Of a stretch of DNA of 64,000 nucleotides, positions 34,375 to 43,674 are shown one piece after another (within the stretch, counting starts at the first letter, position 1; each line of letters starts with the position of its first letter). A program made the translations under genes and the position numbers. The notes under the pieces were generated by a model. It saw only the letters and a list, made by a program, of their open reading frames with translations. It had not been told where the DNA came from and did no database searches. Source of the stretch: an uncultured Adlercreutzia sp. (GTDB taxonomy: Bacteria > Actinomycetota > Coriobacteriia > Coriobacteriales > Eggerthellaceae); assembly GCF_951801035.1 (NCBI RefSeq), contig NZ_CATOKT010000002.1; one strand, written 5' to 3'.

Positions 34375-35774
34375 TCGCAGCAGCGATCGGGCATGGGGAT
34401 GGCGGAGGGTGCCGGCACAGGAGTGGCAGGCGCTCCGGGGACAGCAGGCGCTCCGGGGACGGTGGGCGCGGCGGGAGTTGCGCGGCGCTCGAGGTCGCCC
34501 ATATGGTGCAGGTTCGGGGTAGTCAGGGCCCAGGCGGTCACGGCACCCCAGCAGACGATGAGCCCCACGCCGGCTACGGCGAGTCCCGCCGTCTCCACCA
34601 CCACCGAGGTGGCGAACACGGCTACGGGTGCGGCTACCAACATGAGCGAATTCTGGGTGCCCAGGGCTGCGCCGCGGTTCTCGGCAGGGATGCGGTCGAA
34701 GACGAAGAATCCAAGGAGCGCCGAGGCCGGACCGGCCGAGAGGCCCAGCAGAGCGGCGCCGCCAACCATAACGGGGAAGGTCGGCAGCAGGCCCATAGTC
34801 AGCAGCCCCAAAGCCATACCGAACAGCGACAGGGCGAACCACGTGCGACGACGCAGCTTGTGGGCCAGGGCCGAATAAGCCAACGAGCTAACCAGCATGC
34901 CGGCGGACATGGCCGACAGGACATAGCCCAAAAGCTCGGGAGTGCCGGCGTCCGTGAAGTGCACGGGCAGCACCAGGCCCTGGAACGAGCCCATGACCAT
35001 GACGATGCCGAAGGTGAGCAGCATACTGGCACGCAACAGGGCATCGCGCTTGAACAGCACCACCACGCCCGATTTGAGAGAACTCAGAGCATCGCGGACA
35101 ACGCCGCGCGAAGTGGTGGCAGGGGCGGTTTCAGCGTCCTGCGCACCGGTGCGGCCGATGGCGCGGGGCAGCGTGAGGGTAACCAGCGCCGCAGCCAAGG
35201 ACATAGCGGCGGTGAACCACAGGGCGCTGGCATCGCCGATGGTGGTCATAAGGAAGGCAGCCAAGGCCGGGCCCACAATGACCGTGAGCGAGTCGAGGGA
35301 CTGGGCAAGACCCATGAACTTCTGCAGGCTCTTGCCATCGCGTTCGCAGACGGCGGGCAGCAGCGCATCGCGGGCGGTCATGCCCGGAATATCACCGATG
35401 GCGCCCACCAGCCCCAACACCACGAACCAGCCGAAGCTGAGACCCCAGATCATGTCAACCACGGGCAGCAGGGCCACCGAGGCGGCGGACATTAGGTCGG
35501 AGATGATGGATACGTTGCGGCGGTTGAAGCGGTCGATGAGCGCGCCGCCCACCAGGCCGATGATCATCTGGGGTGCGGCGCAGATAAGCGCCAGGGCGCC
35601 GGCGGCCAAGGGGTCGCCCGTGGTGGCCAACAGGATCAGGGGCAGGATGACGCCGGCGACCGAGTTGCCCAGAAGCGACAAGGCGCAGGACAGCAGGTAG
35701 CGCGGGGAGACAGGGGCGCCGAGGGAGAACGGCCGCGGTGCGAGAGCGGTTGGTTCGGCGTGATGCGGGGCCAT
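34371..35774 (-). CDS. MFS transporter
   Basis: 12-14 TM segments and the motif GALIDRFNRR (MFS motif A). Confidence 0.85.
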   Translation of the reverse strand: MAPHHAEPTALAPRPFSLGAPVSPRYLLSCALSLLGNSVAGVILPLILLATTGDPLAAGALALICAAPQMIIGLVGGALIDRFNRRNVSIISDLMSAASVALLPVVDMIWGLSFGWFVVLGLVGAIGDIPGMTARDALLPAVCERDGKSLQKFMGLAQSLDSLTVIVGPALAAFLMTTIGDASALWFTAAMSLAAALVTLTLPRAIGRTGAQDAETAPATTSRGVVRDALSSLKSGVVVLFKRDALLRASMLLTFGIVMVMGSFQGLVLPVHFTDAGTPELLGYVLSAMSAGMLVSSLAYSALAHKLRRRTWFALSLFGMALGLLTMGLLPTFPVMVGGAALLGLSAGPASALLGFFVFDRIPAENRGAALGTQNSLMLVAAPVAVFATSVVVETAGLAVAGVGLIVCWGAVTAWALTTPNLHHMGDLERRATPAAPTVPGAPAVPGAPATPVPAPSAIPMPDRCCD

Positions 35775-35920
35775 AGCGGTTCCTTTCTCGAGTGGTTTGT
35801 TCGAGAAGGCAGTAAAAACTATGACGTTGCGTCGGGGTCAAACGTCCTGTGAAGGAGTTGTGGGGTGGGTGGCGAAGGTTGGGGGAGTGCGGTCGAGGGC
35901 GGCGCAGTGGCATCGCGCAG

Positions 35921-36736
35921 CTAGGTGCGCGGGAGCTCGCTGGCGGCGCGCGCTTCCAGAATGTCGCCGATGGCGCGCTCAATGCGCTCGTTCACATCGC
36001 GTTGAGCCTCGTTGAGCGACTCGTTGGCCAGTTCTTCGAGGAGTCGCTCTTCCTTGGTGGCTTCGCGCGTCCAGTTGGCAGCGTCGAACTGCTCGATGAG
36101 GGGCGCCAGCAGGTCGAGGGACTCGCTCACAATGGCGGCACGCTCGGCTTCGGGAGCATCGGGGGCGAGCTGCGAGCAGCGCTGGTCGAGGGATTCCATG
36201 GCCGCGGCGAAGGAGGTGTCCTGCATGTGGGCCGCTACTCGCTCCAGTTCGGCCATCTCGCGATCGCCGTAGAGATGACTTGCCACCACCAGGGCGGCGT
36301 GGCTTGTGGCGTCGGTGCTGTTGCCGACAATGCCGCGGATGGCGCGGCCAAAGCGCACGGGCATGTCGGGGGAGAGCTGCTCGGCCTTGAGGGCGGCAAT
36401 GGTGCGCCGCTGCTCTTGAAGAGCCTCGATTTGCAGGGCCAACTCGCTATCGAGCTCGTCGAGGGCCGAGAGCGGCGAAGGACCGGCTGCTTCGCCGTCG
36501 GCAGCGTCGGTTATGGCCTGTTCGTCCATCTCTTCGAGTAGTGCGCCGATGCGGGCAAGGGGAAAGCCCAACGAGGCCAAGCGTTTGATGCGCAGGACGC
36601 GGGCCAAGTCGGCGGCGGTGTATTCGCGATATCCATTGGCGGAGCGCGGCGGTTCGGGCAGGAGTCCCAGCTGATGGTAATGGCGCAAGGTGCGCACGGT
36701 CACGCCGGCCGTTTTCGCCACCTCGTTGCTGCGCAT
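35921..36736 (-). CDS. MerR-family transcriptional regulator with long C-terminal (TipAS-like?) domain
   Basis: MRSNEVAKTAGVTVRTLRHYHQLGLLPEPPRSANGYREYTAADLARVLRIKRLASLGFPL. Confidence 0.85.
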   Translation of the reverse strand: MRSNEVAKTAGVTVRTLRHYHQLGLLPEPPRSANGYREYTAADLARVLRIKRLASLGFPLARIGALLEEMDEQAITDAADGEAAGPSPLSALDELDSELALQIEALQEQRRTIAALKAEQLSPDMPVRFGRAIRGIVGNSTDATSHAALVVASHLYGDREMAELERVAAHMQDTSFAAAMESLDQRCSQLAPDAPEAERAAIVSESLDLLAPLIEQFDAANWTREATKEERLLEELANESLNEAQRDVNERIERAIGDILEARAASELPRT

Positions 36737-36846
36737 GGGGCTCCCTCCCGTTGGTCTGCCTGGTAGTGATTGATTGGCGAAAGTGGGGGCGGTTCCGTTA
36801 TCTTGAGCGCACCGTCCCCAGGAGTTTTCTATTCTACCGCTTTTCG

Positions 36847-37479
36847 CTACAGCGTCTTCAGGGCCTTATCGATGGGCTCGTCGCCGCTTACCACCATGAT
36901 GAGCTTGCCGTAGGTGTTGTGCAGTCCGCGCACCTCGGCCAGCACCGCGGCCACGTCGGCCAGAGGGATGCTGCCCTCATGGGCCGGGTTCACCTGGATG
37001 TGGCCAGTCGGTGCGTCCTCAGTGAGGAAGCCGGCCTGCACGATGGTGTAATCGAGCCCGCTGTTCTCCAGCCATTTATCGGCGAAAAACTTCGCGATGT
37101 TGTAGTCGGTAAGGTCGGCAAGGCCCTTCTCGGTCTCCCAGCGCTCGGGCTCGGTGGCGAACATGGAGCTGAGCATAACGAAGCGACGCACGCCGGCGCG
37201 CTTGCAGGCCTCGATGAGTTTGACGGCGCCGAAGGCGTCGGTTTGCAGCAGGTCGGCACCGCGGGAGCCGGCCACGAAGTACACGGTCTCGCAGCCCTTT
37301 ACCGCTCCGGTCATGGTGTCGACATCGCTGTGGAAATCAAAGGTTACCGGGTGGACGTGATCGCTGTAAGGAGTCAGGGGGTGACGGCTGGCAGCCACCA
37401 CCTCGTGCCCTTCGTCGGCCAACAGGGATACCAGAACCTGTCCCACGCGCCCAGAGGCGCCACCTACAAATACCTTCAT
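36847..37479 (-). CDS. NAD(P)-binding (atypical SDR / NmrA-like) oxidoreductase
   Basis: MKVFVGGASGRVGQ Rossmann motif. Start at Met54 of the track ORF. Confidence 0.8.
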   Translation of the reverse strand: MKVFVGGASGRVGQVLVSLLADEGHEVVAASRHPLTPYSDHVHPVTFDFHSDVDTMTGAVKGCETVYFVAGSRGADLLQTDAFGAVKLIEACKRAGVRRFVMLSSMFATEPERWETEKGLADLTDYNIAKFFADKWLENSGLDYTIVQAGFLTEDAPTGHIQVNPAHEGSIPLADVAAVLAEVRGLHNTYGKLIMVVSGDEPIDKALKTL

Positions 37480-37636
37480 AACATGCCTCGATTCAACAGA
37501 TTGACAGATGCGCGTCCTTGGAAGCGCATCTCTTGATTGTGGTACGCTAGATGCAAGAAAAGCCGAACGACCCTGGGTCGTTCCAGAATTGAAAGGCTTC
37601 CGTTGCCCTGTGGCTTCGGGACAGGAAAGGGCGCGC

Positions 37637-37834
37637 ATGAACGACCAAGAGCGCTTGGCGCGGTTCGAGGGGGTGCTGGCTGATTTGGTTGCGGAGAACG
37701 CGCTGGTGCTTCAGCAGCTTGAGACTTTGCGAGCTCAGGGGAAGGTGAAGACGGCCACTTATCAGCAGCTGACGGCACGGAAATTGGCGCTGAAGTCGAC
37801 GCTTGCGCTCTTCGAGGAGCGGGGTCTGCTGTGA
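37637..37834 (+). CDS. small (65 aa) predicted coiled-coil protein translationally coupled to lhr
   Basis: MNDQERLARFEGVLADLVAENALVLQQLETLRAQGKVK... Its stop TGA overlaps the lhr GTG (GTGA at 37831-37834). Confidence 0.4.
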   Translation: MNDQERLARFEGVLADLVAENALVLQQLETLRAQGKVKTATYQQLTARKLALKSTLALFEERGLL

Positions 37835-40800
37835 GTGCGGCTGGCAACAACGGTATGAGCGGCTTCTCCGCGGCTGCGCGGCGATGGTTCGCCGAGGCGT
37901 TCGGCGCACCTACGGCAGTGCAGGAGCGGGCGTGGAAGACCATTGCGGCGGGTGATAACGCGCTCGTTATCGCGCCTACGGGTTCGGGCAAGACCCTGGC
38001 AGCGTTTCTGTGGGCCATCGATCGGCTCATGGCCGAGAAGGCGGCAGCCATGACGGCGGGCGAGAAGTGGGCTCCTGGCGCGCGGGTGCTCTACGTGTCG
38101 CCCCTGAAGGCTCTGGGGGCCGACGTCGACCGCAACCTGCAGGGACCGCTTTCGGCTTTGTCTGCGCTGGCAGCTGAAGAGGCGGCCGTGATGGGCGGCA
38201 AGGCGCCCGAGGTGCGCACCGCTATGCGCACGGGGGACACCACGCCCGACGAGCGTCGGAAGATAGTGCGCAATCCACCGGACATCCTCATCACCACGCC
38301 GGAATCGCTCTACCTCATGCTGACTTCCCAGGCGCGGGAAGTGCTTCGCTCGGTGGAGACGGTCATTGTGGACGAGGTCCACGCCTTGGCGGGCGACAAG
38401 CGCGGGGCGCATCTTTCGCTTTCGCTGGAGCGCCTGGATGATCTGCTGGAGCAGCCCGCCCAGCGCGTGGGCCTTTCGGCGACGGTGCGCCCTCGCGAAG
38501 TAGTGGCGCAGTTTTTGGGCGGCTGTCATCCGGTGACGGTGGTGGCCGAGGAGGCTCCTCCCTCCCTCGATCTTTCGGTGCGTGTGCCCGTACGGGATAT
38601 GACGGCGGCGCCAGCTTTCGAGGGTTTTGCGGGGGCGGGCGACGGGACGCGGGTGCGCGGCGCGGGGCCACGGCGCGCTGCCGTCGAGAACGCCTGGAAG
38701 TCCGATCGGGCCTTGCGCGCGGTCATGGCGGCAGAAGAGGGGAAGGGCCCCGCGCCCCATCCCGACAGCCGCCTGGGGTCATCTTCCATTTGGCCGCACA
38801 TCGAGGCGGCTATTCTCGACGAAGTGCTGGCCCATCGCTCCACCATCGTGTTCGTGAACTCCCGTGGGCTGTGTGAGAAGCTGACGGCCCGTTTGAACGA
38901 GCTGTACGCTAAGCGCTTGGGGCTCAATGCGCCCCATGCCGAGAGCGCTGGTTATTGGGCGGCTGCGGGAAGTTCAGGGGCGCCGGGCGAGGGTGATGCC
39001 GGCGGCGCGGCTGTCGATCAAGGTGCGCGGTCGGCGGAAGTGCGCGGCGTGCGCACGGGGGCTGACCCGATGGCGGCTGCTCCTGGGGCGGCCTTCCGCT
39101 CCGATATCGGATCCACCACCAAGCTGGTCACGGAGCCTTCGGTGCTTATTGCGAAAGCGCACCACGGATCGGTGTCCAAAGAGAAGCGCTTGCAGGTGGA
39201 GCGCGAGCTGAAAAGCGGCGATCTTCCCTGCGTGGTGGCCACCTCCAGTTTGGAGTTGGGCATCGATATGGGCGCCATCGACCTGGTCATTCAAGTGGCG
39301 GCGCCCTATTCGGTGGCCAGTGGCCTGCAACGGGTCGGTCGCGCGAACCACCAAGTGGGCGGCCGCTCGGTGGGCATTATGTACCCCCGCACCCGCGTAG
39401 AGGTCATCGATGCGGCTGTTATGGCCGAAGGCATGGAGGCCGGTGCCATTGAGGCCACGCGCCTGGTGGAAAACGCGCTGGACGTGCTGGCGCAGCAGAC
39501 GGTGGCCGCGGTCTCTATGGTTCCCGATGGCCTTGCGGCCGATGTGTGGCTGGCCACGGTGCGTCGCTCGGCCTGCTACGCCGACTTGCCTCGGCGCTCC
39601 TTCGAAGGCGTCCTCGCTATGCTGGCGGGGCGCTACGGTTCCGGCGAGATCGCCGAGTTCGCGCCGCGCCTTCTGCGGGATCGCGAGACGGGGCTTTTGA
39701 AGCCGCGCCCCGGCTCCCAGCGCTTAGCCGTCACGGCGGCGGGCACTATTCCCGACCGTGGCATGTTCTCGGTGGTGCTGCCCGAAGGCGACGCCCGACA
39801 GGGGCGTCGGCGCGTGGGGGAGCTGGACGAGGAGATGGTGATGGAGTCCCGGGTGGGCGACATCATCGCCCTGGGCACTAGTACCTGGCGCATCAAGGAA
39901 ATCGGCGCCGATCGCGTCATAGTGGAAGCGGCTCCGGGTCGGGCGGCGCGGTTGCCGTTCTGGCATGGCGAGGCGGTAGGGCGTCCCTACGAGACGGGGC
40001 GGGCCCGCGGCGCCTTCGTGCGGGCTCTCGACGCCGGGGTGCCTTCTCGCGGCGAAGAGGCTGAGGAGTCGTTGACCCCGACTTTGAGCGAGCGGTTGCA
40101 GGCGGACGGTCTCGATGCCAGCGCACGAAACAACCTGGCGGCCCTGGTAGACGCCCAGCGTTCGTGTACGGGGGTGGTGCCTACCGATCACACGCTTGTT
40201 ATCGAACAGTGCGCCGACGAGACGGGGGATTGGCGGGTCGTTCTCCATTCCCCGTTTGGGCGTCGCGTGCACGAGCCGTGGGCCTTGGCCGTGGCCCATC
40301 GCATCAACAGCACGTTGGGCTATGACCCGCAGGCCGTAGCGGCCGATGACGGCATCGTGCTGCGTGTGCCCATGGGGGAAGAGGCCCTACCCGGTGCTGA
40401 GCTGTTCTTGTTCGACCCCGATGAGCTGGAAGCTGTGGTGCGGGATCGGGTGGGGTACACTGCCCTGTTCGCGGCCCGTTTTCGCGAGTGCGCGGCTCGC
40501 GCGCTGCTTATGTCGCCGACGGCGCCCGGCAAGCGGGCCCCGTTGTGGCAGCAGCGTTTGAAGGGCGGCCAGCTTTTGGAGGCCGCGCGCCAGGAGGAGG
40601 ATTTCCCCATCATTTTAGAGGCGCTGCGCGAGTGCCTGCAGGATGTATTTGATCTGCCAGCCCTGCGTGAGGTGATGACGGGATTAGCCGCAGGCGCCAT
40701 TAAAACAGTGGAGGCCCAAACGGCGGTGCCGTCGCCGTTCGCCGCGCCCTTGGTCTTCGGCTATTTGGGCGAGCATCTCTACGAAGGCGATTTGCCCCAC

Positions 40801-43119
40801 GCCGAGCGTCAGGCCTCCCTGTTGGCGGTAGATCCAGCGCTGCTTGCCGAGCTGCTGGGATCCGGATCGGTGGAGGAAGTGCTTGACCCCTCGGTGGTAG
40901 CCCAGGTTCAGGCCGAGCTTCAGCGCACAGCCCTTAGCTGGCAGGTGAGGGGTGCTGAGGGAGTGGCTGACCTATTGCGTGAACTGGGGCCTCTTTCAGT
41001 GGAGGAGGTGGCCGCGCGGCTTCAGCGCGCCGATGGGTCCGACCCTGCGGTGTTGGGCGGGACGGCGGATTTGGCGTCGACTGACGATGGCGCCGGTGCC
41101 TCCGTGTCCCTTGTGGAGGCGGAAGGCCTTCTTCGGGACCTCGAAGCTGAACATCGGGCCTTTCCAGCGGCTGTGGCCGGGTGCACCCGATGGGTAGCGG
41201 CCGATGATGGGCCGCGCTTAAGCGCTGCCTTGGGCGTCAAGGTTCCTTCCTGGGCCGAGGGGCCGATGAAGCGGCGCTTTCCGTTTGACGGCTTGCTGGC
41301 ACGATTCGCGCGCACGCGCACTCCCTTTGCAACCAGCGAGGCAGCGGAGAGCTTTGGGATCGGCGCAGCGCTTGTGCAGGAAGCACTCGAGCGTTTGACG
41401 GCCGAGGGACAGCTTCTTCGGCTGGGGTCCGACCGCTGGGTCGATGCCGGCGTGCTTCGTCGCTTGCGGGCCCGTTCGCTGGCTAAGGCGCAGGAGGCTG
41501 TCAAGCCTGTGGCACCCGCGGTCTTCGAGCGCTTTTTGCTGCGTCGGCAAGAGGTTGCCAGCGTGGAGGAGGGCGCTCTGCGGGGCGTCGAGGGCGTGGC
41601 GGTGGTGATCGCCCAGTTCGAGGGCGTGTACCTGCCGCCGGCATTTTGGGAGGCCGTCGTGTTTCCCGCTCGCGTGATTGATTATCGGCCTGCTTACTTA
41701 GACGAGCTTCTGTCGTCCGAGGAGGTGCTGTGGGCGGCGCGCGGCGCGGATGGTCAGGGGCGGGCATCGTTCGATGTGGCTTTCTTTCCCACGGATTCGC
41801 CCTTGGCGCCGTTGCCGTGGGATGCGGCTTTAGGCTTGGCCGAAGAGGGCTCGGCAGAGCCGGGGATCGATATGACGGAAGAAACGGGGGCCGCGCCTGT
41901 CGGTGCGCCAGGCGCGGATGGAGAGACAGGCGCTCGTTCAGATACCACTGACGATTCGACGCCGCTGCGGTTCGTGATTCGCTGCGTGCTGGCCATGCAG
42001 GGCCCGCTTTCTTTCCGAGCGCTCGTCGAGGCGGCGCAGCGACGCCTGGGCGGCTCCGCGCTTCTCGAGCGCGAGGTGGCCGACGCTCTTGGAGCGTTGG
42101 TGCGCGAGGGTATCGTTGCCAGCGACAGCTTCGCCTTCCCGCGGGCTGGCGGGACGGCCCAGCCGCCCGTGGCGCGTTCCGGCGGTCAGACGCCCCCGCC
42201 TTCGCGCCGCGCGACCAGTCGCCGCGGGCGTTCGCTGCGCTCGGAAATGCGTCGCCAGGCCCGGGCGACGGTTGTGGCGCGTCAGGGGGCCGCTGCCGCC
42301 TTCGATGGAGCCCTGGCGGGTCGCTGGATGCTCTTGGCGCCCGCGGAGGCATCGAGCACGGTACAGGCTGTGGCGCTCGTTGAGTCGCTGCTTGATCGCT
42401 ACGGCATCATCACGCGCGATATTGCGTTGCAGGGCGGCGTTCCCGGCGGTTTGTCGACGCTCTATCCCGTGCTGCGCGCCATGGAGGACGCCGGCGAGCT
42501 GACCCGCGGCCACTTCGTGGAAGGTCTGGGGCCGGCGCAGTTTGCCGCGCGGGAGACGGTAGAAGTGCTGAGACGCATGGCTGACGAAGTCGAAAGCACG
42601 GCCGAGCGCGGAGCCGTCCCTGTGGTTGTGGTGGCGGCCGACGACCCTGCCTGCCTTTACGGTGCGGGCCTTCCGTGGCCCCCAGTAGTCGAACTCGGCA
42701 GTGAGAGCCTCGAGGCAAGCGGGACGTCGGAGGTGGTTGTCGAGGAAGCCGCGGGGGACCAGAAGCCAGGAGTTCGGGCGGCGTCGGATTCGCTTGCGCT
42801 TACCGTGCGGCCGAGCCGCCGCGAAGGCTCCCTGGTGGTGCTCGCTGCAGGAGCGCCCGTGCTTTGGGCGGCGCCGCGCCTCAAGGGGCTGGTGACCTTC
42901 ACCGAGGACGAGGCGATGCTGGCAGATGCGGTGGCAGCCCTTAAAGATCAGGTGCTGGCCGCCCTCAAACGCGAGGGTGCCGAGGCGTCGCGCAAGAAGA
43001 TTGTCGTGGAAACCTGCAACGGCGTCGACGTGCTGGCCACACCCGTGGCCGCCCTGCTCCAGCAGGCGGGGTTCGCTCGTCTGCCGAATGGGATGCGCCT
43101 GTACGCCAGTCCGTTCTAG
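37831..43119 (+). CDS. lhr: Lhr-family large ATP-dependent DEAD/DEAH-box helicase
   Basis: APTGSGKTLA, DEVH, SAT, HHGSVSKEKR...VATSSLELGIDMG...GRANH, then about 1000 aa of Lhr-type C-terminal extension. 1762 aa. Confidence 0.9.
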   Translation: MSAAGNNGMSGFSAAARRWFAEAFGAPTAVQERAWKTIAAGDNALVIAPTGSGKTLAAFLWAIDRLMAEKAAAMTAGEKWAPGARVLYVSPLKALGADVDRNLQGPLSALSALAAEEAAVMGGKAPEVRTAMRTGDTTPDERRKIVRNPPDILITTPESLYLMLTSQAREVLRSVETVIVDEVHALAGDKRGAHLSLSLERLDDLLEQPAQRVGLSATVRPREVVAQFLGGCHPVTVVAEEAPPSLDLSVRVPVRDMTAAPAFEGFAGAGDGTRVRGAGPRRAAVENAWKSDRALRAVMAAEEGKGPAPHPDSRLGSSSIWPHIEAAILDEVLAHRSTIVFVNSRGLCEKLTARLNELYAKRLGLNAPHAESAGYWAAAGSSGAPGEGDAGGAAVDQGARSAEVRGVRTGADPMAAAPGAAFRSDIGSTTKLVTEPSVLIAKAHHGSVSKEKRLQVERELKSGDLPCVVATSSLELGIDMGAIDLVIQVAAPYSVASGLQRVGRANHQVGGRSVGIMYPRTRVEVIDAAVMAEGMEAGAIEATRLVENALDVLAQQTVAAVSMVPDGLAADVWLATVRRSACYADLPRRSFEGVLAMLAGRYGSGEIAEFAPRLLRDRETGLLKPRPGSQRLAVTAAGTIPDRGMFSVVLPEGDARQGRRRVGELDEEMVMESRVGDIIALGTSTWRIKEIGADRVIVEAAPGRAARLPFWHGEAVGRPYETGRARGAFVRALDAGVPSRGEEAEESLTPTLSERLQADGLDASARNNLAALVDAQRSCTGVVPTDHTLVIEQCADETGDWRVVLHSPFGRRVHEPWALAVAHRINSTLGYDPQAVAADDGIVLRVPMGEEALPGAELFLFDPDELEAVVRDRVGYTALFAARFRECAARALLMSPTAPGKRAPLWQQRLKGGQLLEAARQEEDFPIILEALRECLQDVFDLPALREVMTGLAAGAIKTVEAQTAVPSPFAAPLVFGYLGEHLYEGDLPHAERQASLLAVDPALLAELLGSGSVEEVLDPSVVAQVQAELQRTALSWQVRGAEGVADLLRELGPLSVEEVAARLQRADGSDPAVLGGTADLASTDDGAGASVSLVEAEGLLRDLEAEHRAFPAAVAGCTRWVAADDGPRLSAALGVKVPSWAEGPMKRRFPFDGLLARFARTRTPFATSEAAESFGIGAALVQEALERLTAEGQLLRLGSDRWVDAGVLRRLRARSLAKAQEAVKPVAPAVFERFLLRRQEVASVEEGALRGVEGVAVVIAQFEGVYLPPAFWEAVVFPARVIDYRPAYLDELLSSEEVLWAARGADGQGRASFDVAFFPTDSPLAPLPWDAALGLAEEGSAEPGIDMTEETGAAPVGAPGADGETGARSDTTDDSTPLRFVIRCVLAMQGPLSFRALVEAAQRRLGGSALLEREVADALGALVREGIVASDSFAFPRAGGTAQPPVARSGGQTPPPSRRATSRRGRSLRSEMRRQARATVVARQGAAAAFDGALAGRWMLLAPAEASSTVQAVALVESLLDRYGIITRDIALQGGVPGGLSTLYPVLRAMEDAGELTRGHFVEGLGPAQFAARETVEVLRRMADEVESTAERGAVPVVVVAADDPACLYGAGLPWPPVVELGSESLEASGTSEVVVEEAAGDQKPGVRAASDSLALTVRPSRREGSLVVLAAGAPVLWAAPRLKGLVTFTEDEAMLADAVAALKDQVLAALKREGAEASRKKIVVETCNGVDVLATPVAALLQQAGFARLPNGMRLYASPF

Positions 43120-43218
43120 AGCGGTTTGCAGGCAGTTTCGAGGACGCTGGAACTTCAGCGAGCCGTCGTAGGGAGGCGATTTCGCAAGTAAGCCCACGTA
43201 CGTGACGGTAAATGCGAA

Positions 43219-43254
43219 ACGGGCGCCGCGCTTCTCTCGGAGCGCGGCGCCCGT
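43219..43254 (+). terminator. 14-bp GC-rich stem-loop downstream of lhr
   Basis: ACGGGCGCCGCGCT-N8-AGCGCGGCGCCCGT. Weak T-tract (ATTCGAATAT). Confidence 0.45.
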
Positions 43255-43674
43255 ATTCGAATATGCCATGAGCTGCGACCCCCTCAAAATCGCAGGAGGC
43301 AACGGAGTTGGTAAAGAAGGAGGGCGATGGCCAGAAAGGAGAGCCATCGCCCGGAACGCCGTTGAGCCGAGCGGACGACGTTCGGTGAAGTCCTGGGCGG
43401 GGGCGGAGCCGGCCTAATCTCAATGGCCCCAAAAAGATCATCCGGTGGGAGACCGCCCCCTGAGGAACGGCGTTTACTATAGGGTGCACACGTCCTGGGG
43501 AAAATCGCCTATCTTCGGTAAAGGCATCACCCTTTTTAGGTAGGAGCAAAAATATCATCTTGACCACGGGCTTTGCTTGCCATCGGTGAGCTGTTTTTAC
43601 CCGTGCTAGAATCAGGAAGAAGATCCAAGGGGCGTCGCGAACGGCGTCGGTGCGGTATACGAGGGGGCGGAACT

